Assembly: GCA_013177935.1 (NCBI GenBank)
Contig: JABLXZ010000004.1
Location: 340,059-404,058, forward strand
DNA length: 64,000 nucleotides
Direction: 5' to 3'
DNA from: a candidate division WOR-3 bacterium
Lineage (GTDB): Bacteria; Hydrothermota; Tepidihabitantia; Tepidihabitantales; Tepidihabitantaceae
Every line of letters starts with the position of its first letter. The first letter of the stretch is position 1. The notes beneath the pieces are model-generated. The model was given only the letters and a program-made list of their open reading frames with translations, made no database searches and was not told the DNA's origin. The position numbers and the translations under genes are program-made. Shown one piece after another: positions 26,240 through 37,822 of this stretch.

Positions 26240-27817
26240 ATGAATAACGAGCCGGTGCGCGTCCGTATTGCCCCTTCACCAACCGGTGCGATGCACCTTG
26301 GTCTTGCCCGCACCGCCCTTTACAACTATCTGTTTGCCCGTCAGCACCAGGGTGTGTTCATCCTGCGGATTGACGACACCGACCAGGTGCGCAATCAGGC
26401 GGAGATGCTTGAGCCCATCCTTGATGGCTTGCGCTGGCTCGGGCTGGAATGGGACGAAGGTCCAGAAAAGGGCGGACCTTACGAACCCTACTACCAGTCG
26501 CAACGGAGCGCAATCTATCAGGCGGCGGTGGAAAAACTGCTTGCCTGTGGTGCCGCCTATCTTGACTACGCCACGCCAGAAGAGATCGCTGCGGAACGGG
26601 AGCAGGCGCGGCAACGGGGCGAGACCTTTCGCTATAGCCGGCGCTGGATGGCAGAAACCGCAGAACAAAAGGCAAGTTTTGAAGCCCAGGGTAGAAAGCC
26701 GGTAGTCCGTTTGAAGATGCCCCAATCGGGCACAATGGTGATTGAAGACCTGATTCGCGGCCGGGTGGAGTTTGACCTTGCCCTGGAACAGGACCACATC
26801 ATCCAGCGTCAGGACGGCACATTCCTTTACCATCTGACCAGCGCAGTTGACGACGGCGAGATGAAAATCAGCCACATCATCCGCGCCGAAGAGCACCTTT
26901 CCAACACCCCGCGCCAGGTTTTTATCCTTCAGGCGCTCGGCTATCCTTTGCCCCGCTTTGCCCATCTGCCGTTTGTTGCGGAACCGGGCAGTAAGAACAA
27001 GTTGAGCAAGCGCCGGCTCAAGGAGTACCTGAAGCGTGCCGAGTTCAAGGAGTTGATGACCAAAGGCGAACTGATTGCCCGGCGTTTGAACCTGAGCACC
27101 AGCCCGGATTTGTTAAATCCGGTGGTGATTGACTTCTACGAAAAGATTGGATTTCTACCCGAAGCGCTTCTTAACTACCTTGCCCTTTTAGGCTGGGCAC
27201 TGGACGACCGCACCGAATACTTCACTAAAGAGGAACTCATCCGCTCCTTTTCCCTTGACCGGGTCAATCGGGCGCCGGCAAGTTTTGACCCGCAAAAACT
27301 GCTCGCATTCCAGGTCCATTATATGATGCAACTGCCTGTGGCAAAAAGGGTGGAACTGGTCCTGCCCTATCTGATAAAAGCCGGACTAATAAAGGAGCCG
27401 GTTGCACCGGAAATTCAGGAGATGGTTGGTGCAATCGTCCAGGCTGCGGGTGACCGCATCAAGGTTGCGGGCGACATCCTTGAATACGACTACTTCTTCC
27501 TGCCCGATGAGCAACTAACTCTTGACCCGAAGGCAGTAAAGCGCTGGGTCGCACCCGAAGGACAAAAGGCGCTGCTTGCCGAGTTTGAAGCCGCGCTGAC
27601 CGAAATCCTCAACTTCACCAAGCCGGTAATTGAGTCGCTTGTTGCCCAGCTTGCCGCGGCAACAAACACCAAGCCGATGGCGGTCAGTCAGGCGCTACGG
27701 GCCGCTTTGACCGGAAAGGATTACGGATTTGCAATTGCCGACTGTGTGATGATTCTTGGCAGAGACCGGGTCCGTAACCGAATTCGCCGGGCACTAACCG
27801 TGGCGCAACAAACTTAA
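26240..27817 (+). CDS. gltX: Glutamate--tRNA ligase
   Basis: RIAPSPTGAMHLG (HIGH-class motif) and KLSKR; 525 aa. Confidence 0.9.
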   Translation: MNNEPVRVRIAPSPTGAMHLGLARTALYNYLFARQHQGVFILRIDDTDQVRNQAEMLEPILDGLRWLGLEWDEGPEKGGPYEPYYQSQRSAIYQAAVEKLLACGAAYLDYATPEEIAAEREQARQRGETFRYSRRWMAETAEQKASFEAQGRKPVVRLKMPQSGTMVIEDLIRGRVEFDLALEQDHIIQRQDGTFLYHLTSAVDDGEMKISHIIRAEEHLSNTPRQVFILQALGYPLPRFAHLPFVAEPGSKNKLSKRRLKEYLKRAEFKELMTKGELIARRLNLSTSPDLLNPVVIDFYEKIGFLPEALLNYLALLGWALDDRTEYFTKEELIRSFSLDRVNRAPASFDPQKLLAFQVHYMMQLPVAKRVELVLPYLIKAGLIKEPVAPEIQEMVGAIVQAAGDRIKVAGDILEYDYFFLPDEQLTLDPKAVKRWVAPEGQKALLAEFEAALTEILNFTKPVIESLVAQLAAATNTKPMAVSQALRAALTGKDYGFAIADCVMILGRDRVRNRIRRALTVAQQT

Positions 27818-27832
27818 CATTCAGGAGTTGCT

Positions 27833-29554
27833 ATGGCAGAGAAAGACCGAATCGCCGAAGAAAAATCTGGACCGGACTTTATCCGGCGCATCATCAACGA
27901 AGACTTAAAGAGTGGCAGGTTTTCGCCGCCAATTGTCACCCGCTTTCCGCCCGAGCCTAACGGCTATCTCCACATTGGCCATGCCAAGTCAATCTGCCTG
28001 AACTTCGGCATCGCCCGCGAGTACGGCGGCAGGTGCCATCTGCGCTTTGACGACACCAACCCGGAAAAGGAAGAAGAGGAGTTTGTCCGTTCCATTATGG
28101 AAGATGTCCGCTGGCTGGGGTTTGACTGGGGTGAACACCTGTACTACGCTTCCGACTACTTTGAGCAGTTGTACCAGTGGGCAATTGAGTTAATCAAAAA
28201 GGGCAAGGCGTATGTGTGCGACCTTTCCCCCGAACAGGTCCGGGAGTACCGGGGCACTTTAACCGAACCGGGCAAGGAGAGCCCGTATCGCAACCGTTCA
28301 GTTGAAGAGAACCTTGACCTGTTTGAGCGGATGCGCCGGGGCGAATTTCCAGACGGCTCCAAAACCCTGCGGGCAAAGATTGATATGGCTTCGCCCAACC
28401 TCAATCTGCGCGACCCGGTGATGTACCGGATTATGAAGGTGCCGCACCATCGCACCGGTGACAAGTGGTGCATCTATCCAACCTACGACTGGGCACATGG
28501 CCAGTCCGACTCAATTGAAGGTATCACCCACTCCATCTGCACTTTGGAGTTTGAAGACCACAGGCCCCTTTACGACTGGTTTCTTGACCAGTTAGGTGTC
28601 CATCACCCCCGTCAGGTTGAGTTTGCCCGGCTCAACCTCACCTATACGGTGATGAGCAAGCGCCGGCTCTTAGAACTGGTGGAAAAGGGTTATGTTTCGG
28701 GCTGGGACGACCCGCGCCTTCCTACCATCGCGGGTTTGCGGCGTCGGGGCTACACACCGGAGTCAATCCGCAACTTCTGCGACCGGGTTGGTGTGGGCAA
28801 GGCGGACACCGTGGTGGCGATTGAACTGCTTGAAGACTGCATCCGGGAAGATTTGAACAGGCGTGCCCCGCGCGTGATGGCGGTTCTGAAACCGCTCAAG
28901 GTGGTGATTGAAAACTTTCCCGAAGGCAAGGTTGAAGAGGTTGAGGCGCTCAACAACCCGGAAGACCCAGCAGCGGGCACCAGGCTCGTGCCCTTCTCCC
29001 GGGAAATCTACATTGAAGAAGACGACTTCCGGGAAGAGCCGCCCCCAAAGTACTACCGGCTTGCGCCCGGTCGCGAAGTCCGGCTCCGCTACGCCTACAT
29101 CATCAAATGTGTCGGCGTGGTCAAGGACGCTTCGGGTCAGATTCGGGAGTTGCGCTGTGTTTACGACCCCTTAACCCGCAGCGGTACTGAAACCCGCAAG
29201 GTCAAGGCGACCCTGCACTGGGTGTCTGCCGCTCACGCCCTGAACGCCGAAGTCCGGCTCTATGACCGGCTCTTCTTAAAACCGGACCCGGACGATGTGC
29301 CCGAAGGCCTGGACTGGAAGGCAAACCTCAACCCCAACTCACTTGTCGTGCTTAACAACTGCAAGGTGGAGCCGTCCTTGAAAAATGTCCAGCCCGGTGA
29401 CCGGTTCCAGTTTGAGCGGTTGGGCTACTTCTGTGCCGACCTCAAAGATTGTAAACCGGAACACCTGGTGTTCAACCGCACCGTCACTTTGCGGGACACC
29501 TGGGCAAAAATCGAACAGAAACTGAAACAAAGCCAACCAGGAGAGAAGAAATGA
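27833..29554 (+). CDS. glnS: Glutamine--tRNA ligase
   Basis: [23 protein letters not shown] and VMSKR; the anticodon-binding beta-barrel region is present. Confidence 0.9.
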   Translation: MAEKDRIAEEKSGPDFIRRIINEDLKSGRFSPPIVTRFPPEPNGYLHIGHAKSICLNFGIAREYGGRCHLRFDDTNPEKEEEEFVRSIMEDVRWLGFDWGEHLYYASDYFEQLYQWAIELIKKGKAYVCDLSPEQVREYRGTLTEPGKESPYRNRSVEENLDLFERMRRGEFPDGSKTLRAKIDMASPNLNLRDPVMYRIMKVPHHRTGDKWCIYPTYDWAHGQSDSIEGITHSICTLEFEDHRPLYDWFLDQLGVHHPRQVEFARLNLTYTVMSKRRLLELVEKGYVSGWDDPRLPTIAGLRRRGYTPESIRNFCDRVGVGKADTVVAIELLEDCIREDLNRRAPRVMAVLKPLKVVIENFPEGKVEEVEALNNPEDPAAGTRLVPFSREIYIEEDDFREEPPPKYYRLAPGREVRLRYAYIIKCVGVVKDASGQIRELRCVYDPLTRSGTETRKVKATLHWVSAAHALNAEVRLYDRLFLKPDPDDVPEGLDWKANLNPNSLVVLNNCKVEPSLKNVQPGDRFQFERLGYFCADLKDCKPEHLVFNRTVTLRDTWAKIEQKLKQSQPGEKK

Positions 29555-30162
29555 ACCTGTTTGAACGACTCACACAAGGTAAAACCGTTAAACTCATCGC
29601 CGGATTAAAAATTGACGCCGCGCCGCAGAGCGATGGCAAATGGCGGTTCGCAGTTGAATTTCCGGTAAAAGCCCAGAAACCGGACTATGTCCTGTTAGCC
29701 CTGCACTATTTGAGCCACACTCTTGCCCGTTTTCCCAAACAGGAGTCCCGGGGCTATGAAATGGCAACCAATCTCCGGGCGATGCTCACCTTGATTGTCA
29801 ACGAAGGGGTCTGGCCCGGTTCGGATTTGATTCGCTATGCCGATGCCCAGGACAAAATTGTTCTGCTTGAGCCCGGGAAAATCGCCAATGGCGAAACAAT
29901 TTACGCCGCGCTGATTGTTGCTCCGGGCAGCGGTGAACCGGACCTGGCGTTTGAAGAGCCCATCAAAGTTGCCGATGAAGGGCTGGTATTTTCGGTTGTT
30001 GCCGTGTTGCAGGCGCTCTTAAAAATCCTCGACCCGGAAACAATCGACCGTTTGGACCACGCCCTGCGCTACTTCAACTCCTACCTTGACGAAGGGGCAA
30101 GTTGTGCTGACCTGGCAACCGCCTGCAACCTTGCCAACCGGGCGTTCAAAGCCAGCGCCTGA
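29551..30162 (+). CDS. hypothetical protein (203 aa), translationally coupled to glnS (ATGA overlap)
   Basis: ORF with coupling; no recognisable motif. Confidence 0.4.
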   Translation: MNLFERLTQGKTVKLIAGLKIDAAPQSDGKWRFAVEFPVKAQKPDYVLLALHYLSHTLARFPKQESRGYEMATNLRAMLTLIVNEGVWPGSDLIRYADAQDKIVLLEPGKIANGETIYAALIVAPGSGEPDLAFEEPIKVADEGLVFSVVAVLQALLKILDPETIDRLDHALRYFNSYLDEGASCADLATACNLANRAFKASA

Positions 30163-30172
30163 ACCCGCCTAA

Positions 30173-33100
30173 TTACCCCTGTTGCCGCTTGCGTCGTTCC
30201 GAGCGGGTCTCAAATATCGTATAAAGAACCGGAATGAACACGAGCGGTAAAAAGGTGGAGACAATCATACCACCAACAATCGCTCTGCCCAGGGGTGACC
30301 ACAACTCTGAACCCTCGCCAATCTGAAACGCTAAGGGCAGCATCCCGAAAATCGTGGTCAAAGATGTCATCAAGATGGGCCGGAGCCGAATCCGTCCCGC
30401 CTCTTTGACCGCATCAATCAAACCCATTCCCCGCTCCCGGCGCAATCGGTTGGTATAGTCAATGTACACAATCCCGTTGTTCACCACCACACCCACGAGA
30501 ATCAGAAGCCCTAAAAGCGAAATCACCGAAAGGGTTGTCCGGGTCAAAAACAGAATCCAGAGCACCCCAATCAGGGCAAAGGGCATCGTGAACATAATGA
30601 TGAACGGGTCGCGCAGCGACTCAAACTGAGACGCCATTACGACAAACACCAGAACGAGCGCAATCAAAATTACTAAGGCGAAGTCCCGGAAGGTTCGGGT
30701 CATCTCTTCGTAAGAGCCGGAAAGTTTCAATGTGAAGCCGGTAGGTATCGGAATGTCCTTGATTGCCCGGGCGATTTTCTGTGCCGCCTGACCCGCAGAG
30801 ATGCCCACATTACGGGCGGTAATCTTGACAATCCGCTCGTTGTTCTTCCGCTCAATCTCCAGTGGACCGGTGCTGGTGCGCACCGTGACCAGATTGCCCA
30901 GCGGCACCGGACCAGTGGGGCTGGGTACAAATGTGCCTAAAATCTCCACCAGTTCATCGCGCTGCTCTTCGGGCAGGCGAATCAAAATGTCGTACTCCTT
31001 ACCGCCCAATCGGTAAACGGTTGGTGCATTACCCTCCACCTCGGTGCGCAGTGCCGCACCAATCTGATAAGGGGTCAAGCCGTAGAGCGCCGCCTTCTGC
31101 CGGTCCACCACCAGTTGCAGTTCGGGCTTGCCAGGCTGACGGCTGGATTTGATGTCCACCAGTCCGGGTATCGTCTCAATTGCGGCGATAACCTTACGGG
31201 TCAAACTGTCCGCAGTAGCGAGGTCGTAGCCGGTTATGTCAAGTTCCACCCCGGAACTGGTTCCTGCCATACTGGTGAAACTGAACTCCTGGACATAAAC
31301 CTTTAACCCCGGAATTGTTGCGGCAAAGCGCCGGATATCCTGGTCAATCTCTTCAACCGAATGCTTACGCAGGCGTTTTGGCTTCAAAACGATGTTCAGA
31401 AGTCCGGAATGGCTGCCCGAAGAGCCGCCCATAATCGCCACAAACCCGGTGCCGGTGCCCAGTTGCACCGCCACACCCTCAATCTCATCCTGCCACCGTT
31501 CCTGGACATAGTTCTCCAGTTTCCGTACCGCACTGTCGGTAACTGCAAGGTTGGTTCCCACTGGCATCTCCACCTGTAATCGGTGAAACTGGCTCTCCTG
31601 GACCGGGAAAAACTCGGTCCCGATAAAACGCACCAGCCCAAGACTGACGCCCAGAATCACCACCGCACCAAAAACCACCAGCCGCTTATGCCCCAATGCC
31701 CAGCCAATCAAACGGGCATAGCCATCTTCAATCCGCTGGTAAAACCGCTCGCTCCACTTTCGGATGCCGCTAATTGCCGGCTTCGGGTCGGGCAGATACC
31801 GGCTAGTTAAGGTCGGAATCAAAGTCAAAGCGATAACGAGCGAAGCGACCAGCGCGCCGACAACCGCCCAAACTAACTGGGGAAATATCACCTGGAGAAA
31901 ACCGCGCACCAGAAGCAAAGGCAGAAACACGACAATCGTGGTCAGAGTGGAAGCGGTAATCGCCATCGCCACCTCATCGGCACCAACACTTGCCGCCCGA
32001 AACCGCTCGGTACCGCGCTCCCGATGCCGGAAAATCGCCTCAAAAACCACAATACCATTATCCACCACCATCCCGACCGCAATCGCCAGACCCGCCATTG
32101 ACAGGATGTTGACCGAATAACCCAAAAGGAACATAAAGAACAGGGCAAAGAAAACCGAAAGCGGAATCGCAAACGCAACAAACAGCGTTGCCCGGAACCG
32201 GCGTAGAAACAGAAACAGAATAAACACCGCGAGGATGCCACCGAGCAGGATGTTGTAAACCACATTGGAAATTGAGCGGGTAATCTCCTTGGACGAGTCA
32301 AAGATAACCTCGTGCTCAACCCCGGCTGGTAAAATTGAACTCAACTCCTTCAGTTCTGCCCGTGCTGCCCGGGCAACCTGCACCGGATTGGCATCAGGCC
32401 GGCGCTGGACAACCACAAAAATCGCACTACCCTGATTGTACCGTGCCACGGTCAAAACCTCTTCTGGTCCCCAGTCAACATCGGCGATGTCCTTCAAAAG
32501 AATCGGACTCTGACCTTTCATCCCGACCACGGTGTTGCGCACCTGGTCCAAATCGGTGTACTCGCCCAAAAGCCGGATGAGAAACTCCTTGCCCTGACTC
32601 GTAACCCTTCCCACCGGGTAGTTAAGGTTCTGCGCCTGCAGGGTCAGATTGAGCGCATCAATCGTAATGCCCGCAGCGAGCAGTTTCTCCTCTTTAACCT
32701 TCACCTGTAACTGGCGCTTGGTCCCGCCTGCAACCATCGCGGTCGCCACACCCGGCACCCTTTGCAACCCATCTGCCAGGTCCTCTGCCACATCGCGCAT
32801 AAGCAACTGGTCAACATCGCCGTAAAGGGCAATCTGTAAAACCGGCATCATTGACGCATCCAGTTTGAAAACCGCGGGCCGGGAAGCGGCATCGGGCAAC
32901 ATCGCCACCGCCATATCCAGCCGGTCGCGCACATCCGCTGCCGCCGCATCTAAGTTTGTGCCCCAGGCAAACTGCAACTGCACAATTGAGATGTTTTCCA
33001 GCGACCGGGAGGAAATCTCCTTTAAGTTGGAGATTGTACCCACCCGCTCCTCAATCACTTTGGTAACCTCAGCCTCAACCTCCTGCGGTCCCGCACCAGG

Positions 33101-33253
33101 ATAAGATGTAACGACAATCATCATCGGCAGGGTAACCGGTGGCAGGATATCAACCGGCATCCGGGAAACGCCCACCACCCCGAACAGCACCAGAACCAGG
33201 GAGACCAGAATTGTCGTTACCGGTCGCTTAATTGATGTATCGGTCAGTTTCAT
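30173..33253 (-). CDS. RND efflux transporter permease (HAE1/AcrB family)
   Basis: 1026 aa; 12-TM architecture; N-terminus MKLTDTSIKRPVTTILVSLVLVLFG... Confidence 0.9.
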   Translation of the reverse strand: MKLTDTSIKRPVTTILVSLVLVLFGVVGVSRMPVDILPPVTLPMMIVVTSYPGAGPQEVEAEVTKVIEERVGTISNLKEISSRSLENISIVQLQFAWGTNLDAAAADVRDRLDMAVAMLPDAASRPAVFKLDASMMPVLQIALYGDVDQLLMRDVAEDLADGLQRVPGVATAMVAGGTKRQLQVKVKEEKLLAAGITIDALNLTLQAQNLNYPVGRVTSQGKEFLIRLLGEYTDLDQVRNTVVGMKGQSPILLKDIADVDWGPEEVLTVARYNQGSAIFVVVQRRPDANPVQVARAARAELKELSSILPAGVEHEVIFDSSKEITRSISNVVYNILLGGILAVFILFLFLRRFRATLFVAFAIPLSVFFALFFMFLLGYSVNILSMAGLAIAVGMVVDNGIVVFEAIFRHRERGTERFRAASVGADEVAMAITASTLTTIVVFLPLLLVRGFLQVIFPQLVWAVVGALVASLVIALTLIPTLTSRYLPDPKPAISGIRKWSERFYQRIEDGYARLIGWALGHKRLVVFGAVVILGVSLGLVRFIGTEFFPVQESQFHRLQVEMPVGTNLAVTDSAVRKLENYVQERWQDEIEGVAVQLGTGTGFVAIMGGSSGSHSGLLNIVLKPKRLRKHSVEEIDQDIRRFAATIPGLKVYVQEFSFTSMAGTSSGVELDITGYDLATADSLTRKVIAAIETIPGLVDIKSSRQPGKPELQLVVDRQKAALYGLTPYQIGAALRTEVEGNAPTVYRLGGKEYDILIRLPEEQRDELVEILGTFVPSPTGPVPLGNLVTVRTSTGPLEIERKNNERIVKITARNVGISAGQAAQKIARAIKDIPIPTGFTLKLSGSYEEMTRTFRDFALVILIALVLVFVVMASQFESLRDPFIIMFTMPFALIGVLWILFLTRTTLSVISLLGLLILVGVVVNNGIVYIDYTNRLRRERGMGLIDAVKEAGRIRLRPILMTSLTTIFGMLPLAFQIGEGSELWSPLGRAIVGGMIVSTFLPLVFIPVLYTIFETRSERRKRQQG

Positions 33254-34209
33254 TGTCCACCCGCCTCCACCGGATTCACCTTCTGCCCTTCCTTGACACC
33301 TTCCTTACCGGTCGTCGCCACCTTCTCACCCGGTTCCAGCCCTTCAATCACCTCAACCCACTCATCACCCCGCAAACCAAACCTTACCGGCTGGAGATGG
33401 GCGATGCCATCTCTTACCACCACCACCCGTTCCTCACCGGTGGCAAACAGCGCGGCGAGCGGCACCATCACCACATCCTTCTTCTCCTCAACCACCAGCC
33501 GTGCCATTCCTGCCATTCCCGGCACCAGACTACGCCGGTAATTGGGAATAGAGATTTCCACTGTTGCCGAACGGGACATCGGGTCAAGCATCGGTGCCAC
33601 CCTCGTAACCACTCCACTAAACGCACTTTCGCCTGCCGCTGAGAAAAAGACCCGCGCCTTGAGTCCGGGTTTAACAAAAGGCAAATCCGTCTCACTCACC
33701 AGCGCCTTCATCTTAATCCGGTCCGAAAACCGCGCCACCGCGGCAAAAGGCATCGTCGGTGCCACGGTCTGGCCCACCTCAACATAAACCTTGCCCACCA
33801 CACCGGCAATCGGCGAGCGCACCGGTCCGGGCTTGTAGTCCATACCGGGAATGTCGTTCACCACATAACCAATCGGCTCATCCGGACCAACCACCGAACC
33901 CTCCGGTTTGGTAATTTCGGTCACCCTGCCGGTGATTTTGGAATAGACCAGAACCTGCTCCTCACCCTGCAACACCCCGAGCAGTTGAATCGAACGGCTC
34001 ACCGTGCCCCGTGGTACTGTGACCACCGTGACCGCCGGTACTATCGCCTCTTTTTCCTTTTTACCGGAGCGGGACTGGCAACCCGGCGCCGCCACAATTG
34101 TCAGAACCATCGTCGCCGCCACCACACAACTTAACACCCGCCGCAAAATCGGGTCCGTACCGTCAATTACCGCTTTCCCCTTCACTAACTTCTTAAAAAT
34201 GTTTCTCAT
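33250..34209 (-). CDS. RND efflux periplasmic adaptor (membrane fusion protein, HlyD/AcrA family)
   Basis: Lipoprotein-like N-terminus, coiled-coil/lipoyl-like pattern; overlaps the RND gene by 4 nt. Confidence 0.8.
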   Translation of the reverse strand: MRNIFKKLVKGKAVIDGTDPILRRVLSCVVAATMVLTIVAAPGCQSRSGKKEKEAIVPAVTVVTVPRGTVSRSIQLLGVLQGEEQVLVYSKITGRVTEITKPEGSVVGPDEPIGYVVNDIPGMDYKPGPVRSPIAGVVGKVYVEVGQTVAPTMPFAAVARFSDRIKMKALVSETDLPFVKPGLKARVFFSAAGESAFSGVVTRVAPMLDPMSRSATVEISIPNYRRSLVPGMAGMARLVVEEKKDVVMVPLAALFATGEERVVVVRDGIAHLQPVRFGLRGDEWVEVIEGLEPGEKVATTGKEGVKEGQKVNPVEAGGQ

Positions 34210-34222
34210 AATTCACTCCTCC

Positions 34223-35623
34223 TTAAAATTCACCGACCGCCCGCAAAAACCGTGCCCGGGCAATCTGATAATTGGCAAGGGCGTTGAGATAGGCGACCCG
34301 GCTCTGGGTCAACTGCAACTGGATGTCTAAAAACTCCAGATTGGTAATCAGCCCATTCTGATACCGCTCCTCTGCCAGCCGGAACGCCTCCTCTGCCACC
34401 TTCACATTCTCGCCCTGATAAACAATGTTGTTCTTCTCCTGACCTAAACTGGCGAGTGCCGCCTGAACATCAAGGTCAATCGCACTCTCCACCATCTTCA
34501 AAGACAGAAACGCCTGGCGGTACTTTGACTGCGCCTGCTTCAGTTTGTGGTAGTTGGTCAAGCCGGTAAAAATCGGCAGCGACAGACCAACCGTTGCGTT
34601 CCAGTCCTTACCCCACTCATCCTTAAAACCGACCGGTTTCTTGTAGTCAAAGTTTGCCGCGGCAAACAGTGTGGGCAGGTTTGCGGTCCGGGCGATGCGC
34701 ACCGACCGGTCCGCAATCTGCACCAGCCGGCGCAACTGCGCCAGTTCGGGCCGATTTTCCTTTGCCCGGCGCCGGGCACCCGCAGTGTCAAGACCGGTCG
34801 TTTCCGCTGCCAGTTCGCTCTCGAGCACAAACACCGTGCCCGGTTCCAGTCCAAGTAGATTTGCCAGCGCTGCCCGGGCAAGTTCTGCCCCATTTTTCAC
34901 CTGGGCAACCTGATTCGCCACATTGGTCAAACTGACCCGCGCCCGCATCACATCCAAACGGCTTGCCAGCCCGTTGTCGTAAAGTTTTTCCACCTGCGCA
35001 ACATGGCGCTGCAACTGTTCATAAGACTCGTTGAGCAGTTGCGCACTCTTCTCAGCAAGGAGCGCCTGAAAAAACGCCTGGACTGCGGAAAACTTGGTCT
35101 CCTGGCGTGCCTGGTCCCGTGCCGCCTTCTGCGCCTCCAGACTCAGACCGGCAATCTGATACGCATTAATCAGTTTACCCCAGGTGAAAAGCGTCTGCTG
35201 CACCGTGCCCCGCAACAGGTAGTTGTTCTGGGAACCGAGCGCCATCCTTACTGTGTCCGCACCCACCGGCAGCGGCACCGAATCGGTAAAACCGATTATC
35301 TGTCCGGTAACCGGGTCGTAAACCCGCAACGGCAGCATCTGGTAAACCGGCGCCACCATCTCAAACTGGTTGACCGCACCGAGCCGGGTGTAACTTCCCG
35401 AAGCCGAAATCTGGGGCAGAAAACTGCCAAACGCCGCACCTTTGCCCGCTGCCGCCTCCAGAACCTTCTCCTCATTCTGCTTTAACTGGTAGTTGTTCTT
35501 CAGTGCCAGTTCCACCGCCCGCTCCACCGTAAGCACCAGCGTATCGGCGCGGGCAACCGGCAGCGCCAGAACAAAAATCAGACCGGAAATAAAAAACCAG
35601 ATACTCCTTTTTCTCATACTCAT
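34223..35623 (-). CDS. TolC-family outer membrane efflux channel
   Basis: Signal peptide; tandem OEP repeat structure (..NNYQLKQNEEKV.., ..LYDNGLASRLDVMRARVSLTNV..). Confidence 0.8.
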   Translation of the reverse strand: MSMRKRSIWFFISGLIFVLALPVARADTLVLTVERAVELALKNNYQLKQNEEKVLEAAAGKGAAFGSFLPQISASGSYTRLGAVNQFEMVAPVYQMLPLRVYDPVTGQIIGFTDSVPLPVGADTVRMALGSQNNYLLRGTVQQTLFTWGKLINAYQIAGLSLEAQKAARDQARQETKFSAVQAFFQALLAEKSAQLLNESYEQLQRHVAQVEKLYDNGLASRLDVMRARVSLTNVANQVAQVKNGAELARAALANLLGLEPGTVFVLESELAAETTGLDTAGARRRAKENRPELAQLRRLVQIADRSVRIARTANLPTLFAAANFDYKKPVGFKDEWGKDWNATVGLSLPIFTGLTNYHKLKQAQSKYRQAFLSLKMVESAIDLDVQAALASLGQEKNNIVYQGENVKVAEEAFRLAEERYQNGLITNLEFLDIQLQLTQSRVAYLNALANYQIARARFLRAVGEF

Positions 35624-36204
35624 CTCCTTATCCCGTTAAAGAAAATGTCCAGCGCCTTCACCGGCGCCGCCTTTACCCCCAGCCGATGGCTGGTAACGAG
35701 CAGTGCGGCGCGAAAGGCGTTTAAAAATGAGAGTGCGGCGAGCCGCGGCTCCACCGACCGAAACTCACCCTGCCGAACTCCCGCCTTAACCAGTCGGGCG
35801 ATGTCGTCCACCAGACCCCTGATTTCCGGCAGCACCTGCTCGTGAAACCGCCGGCTAATCTCACACCGCTCCTCCCGCAGCTCCGGAAACACCAAATCAA
35901 CCGCCGCGGGCTTGCTACTCAAACTCTCCACCCAGCGCGCAAACACCCGACGCAACTTATCGCTCGGGGTGCGCTCCTCCTGGGCAACCTCGGCAACAAT
36001 CGCGCGTGCCTGACTGATGAGCCACTTCACCATCCCGACATACAAATCGGGCTTGTCTTGAAAATAAAGATAGACCGTGCCCTTGGCAACACCCGCCTTC
36101 CGGGCAACATCGTCCATCTTCGTCTCGTAATACCCCTTATCGCAGACGACATTGAACGCCGCCTGCAAAATCATTTCCCGTCGGGCTTTTGATTTCCGTT
36201 TCAT
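35620..36204 (-). CDS. TetR/AcrR family transcriptional repressor of the efflux operon
   Basis: HTH ETKMDDVARKAGVAKGTVYLYFQDK; 194 aa; 4-nt overlap with the TolC gene. Confidence 0.8.
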   Translation of the reverse strand: MKRKSKARREMILQAAFNVVCDKGYYETKMDDVARKAGVAKGTVYLYFQDKPDLYVGMVKWLISQARAIVAEVAQEERTPSDKLRRVFARWVESLSSKPAAVDLVFPELREERCEISRRFHEQVLPEIRGLVDDIARLVKAGVRQGEFRSVEPRLAALSFLNAFRAALLVTSHRLGVKAAPVKALDIFFNGIRR

Positions 36205-36337
36205 ATTTCAAAACTGACCGGTCAGTCATTATACCCAATCAACCCCTGCCCGTCAAGAAAAATTTTCTTGCCAATCAATTATTATCTGCTATGATAACTC
36301 TTTGAGACAATCAGGCTAACAAAGAGAGGAGTTAACT

Positions 36338-37819
36338 ATGAGCGTTTCCGGTTCATTAGCAGCGGTCATCAAAGAGCAACTCCAGCGGGCACTGGACCGC
36401 GGCTGCTCTTTTGCCGATGTCCGCTATTACGAAGAAGACTCCACCCAGAGCCTGGTGCTCTACGACGGCAACCTGGAAGGCAACTACCGCCGTTTTGAGC
36501 GGGGCATCGGGGTTCGGGTGTTGAAAAATGGCGCAATCGGATTTGCCGCCACCGCCGACCTTGAACGCATCCCGGACTGCTTTGACCGCGCCCTCGCCAA
36601 CGCCGAAGCCGCCGCGGCCCTTTTGGGCTTCCCCAAAGATATGGGCAGTGAGAAACCGGTGCACGGCACCTATAAACCGCCTTTCCAAAAAGACCCGTTC
36701 ACCATTCCCCTGCCCGAAATCCTCAACCTCTTAAACACCATTGACCGCCAGTTGAACGAAAAACCGGTTGAGCACCGGATGGTGCGCTTCCACTTCCAGA
36801 AGCGGCACATCTACTACTTCAACACCGAAGGCAGCGAAATTGAACGCTGGGTGATGAACCCGTTTGCCAATATGACGGTGATGGCGCGGGACAAAGAGAA
36901 CCGTACCCAGCGCCGCTCCTACGACCTTGAGTCGGACGGCACCGGCTCGCGCGGCTTTGAATGGGTTGAGAACCCCGCCGCATTTGCTGTGCACGCTGAC
37001 CGCATTAAGAGCGAGTTGAGCCAGTTACTTTCGGCTGAAACCCTGCCTCCGGCACGCCGCGATGTGATTCTTCTTCCCGGACAGGGACACCTCCAGGTCC
37101 ACGAAACGATTGGCCACCCTCTGGAACTGGACCGCATCCTTGGCTATGAACTGTCCTTTGCCGGTGGCTCCCATGTCAAGCCCCAGGACATCGGCACCCT
37201 GCGCTACGGCTCGGAAAAACTGAATGCGGTGGTGATGGTTGTGGAGAACTCGCCCGGCACCTTTGGCTATGACGACGAAGGCACACCCCAGCACCAGTAC
37301 TACCTGATTAAAAACGGGATATTAGTCAATGTTCTCTGCTCGCGCATTGACCTCGGGGAAGCGAACGCCAAAGCGGGCAAAAAGGTTGTTGAGAAGTCGG
37401 GCGCCTCAGCCCGGGCTGCCGGCTTCTACAAAACCCCGATTGACCGTATGACCAATGTCTGCGTTGAATGGGGTTCAGACGGCACCCTTGAAGACATCGT
37501 CAAGGCGACGGAAAACGGTGTCATCCTTGATATGCCGGTCTCCTGGTCAATCGGCTCCAACCGGGAACACTTCCACTTCGGCTGTGAAATCGCCTGGGAA
37601 GTCAAGGACGGCAGACGCACCAAAGTTTACAAAAACCCCACCTATCAGGGCCACACCCTTGAATTCTACAACTCCCTTGATATGGTAGGCGACCGCTCAA
37701 CCTGGCGTCTAATTCAGGTGCCCAACTGCGGCAAAGGCGAACCAAATCAGATAATGGAAGTCGGTCACGGCGTGCCGGTGATGCGCTTCCGCAATGTCCT
37801 GACCGGAGAAGGGAGGTAA
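36338..37819 (+). CDS. tldD: TldD family metalloprotease
   Basis: HETIGHPLELD metal-binding motif; 493 aa. Confidence 0.8.
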   Translation: MSVSGSLAAVIKEQLQRALDRGCSFADVRYYEEDSTQSLVLYDGNLEGNYRRFERGIGVRVLKNGAIGFAATADLERIPDCFDRALANAEAAAALLGFPKDMGSEKPVHGTYKPPFQKDPFTIPLPEILNLLNTIDRQLNEKPVEHRMVRFHFQKRHIYYFNTEGSEIERWVMNPFANMTVMARDKENRTQRRSYDLESDGTGSRGFEWVENPAAFAVHADRIKSELSQLLSAETLPPARRDVILLPGQGHLQVHETIGHPLELDRILGYELSFAGGSHVKPQDIGTLRYGSEKLNAVVMVVENSPGTFGYDDEGTPQHQYYLIKNGILVNVLCSRIDLGEANAKAGKKVVEKSGASARAAGFYKTPIDRMTNVCVEWGSDGTLEDIVKATENGVILDMPVSWSIGSNREHFHFGCEIAWEVKDGRRTKVYKNPTYQGHTLEFYNSLDMVGDRSTWRLIQVPNCGKGEPNQIMEVGHGVPVMRFRNVLTGEGR

Positions 37820-37822
37820 AAA

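Noticed and set aside
25628-26240. Genomic-island boundary at the tRNA-Ser pair (direct repeat of a tRNA 3' end elsewhere)
   Set aside because: No duplicated tRNA 3'-end fragment and no integrase gene were found in the window; the accessory character of 16-26 kb rests on gene content only.
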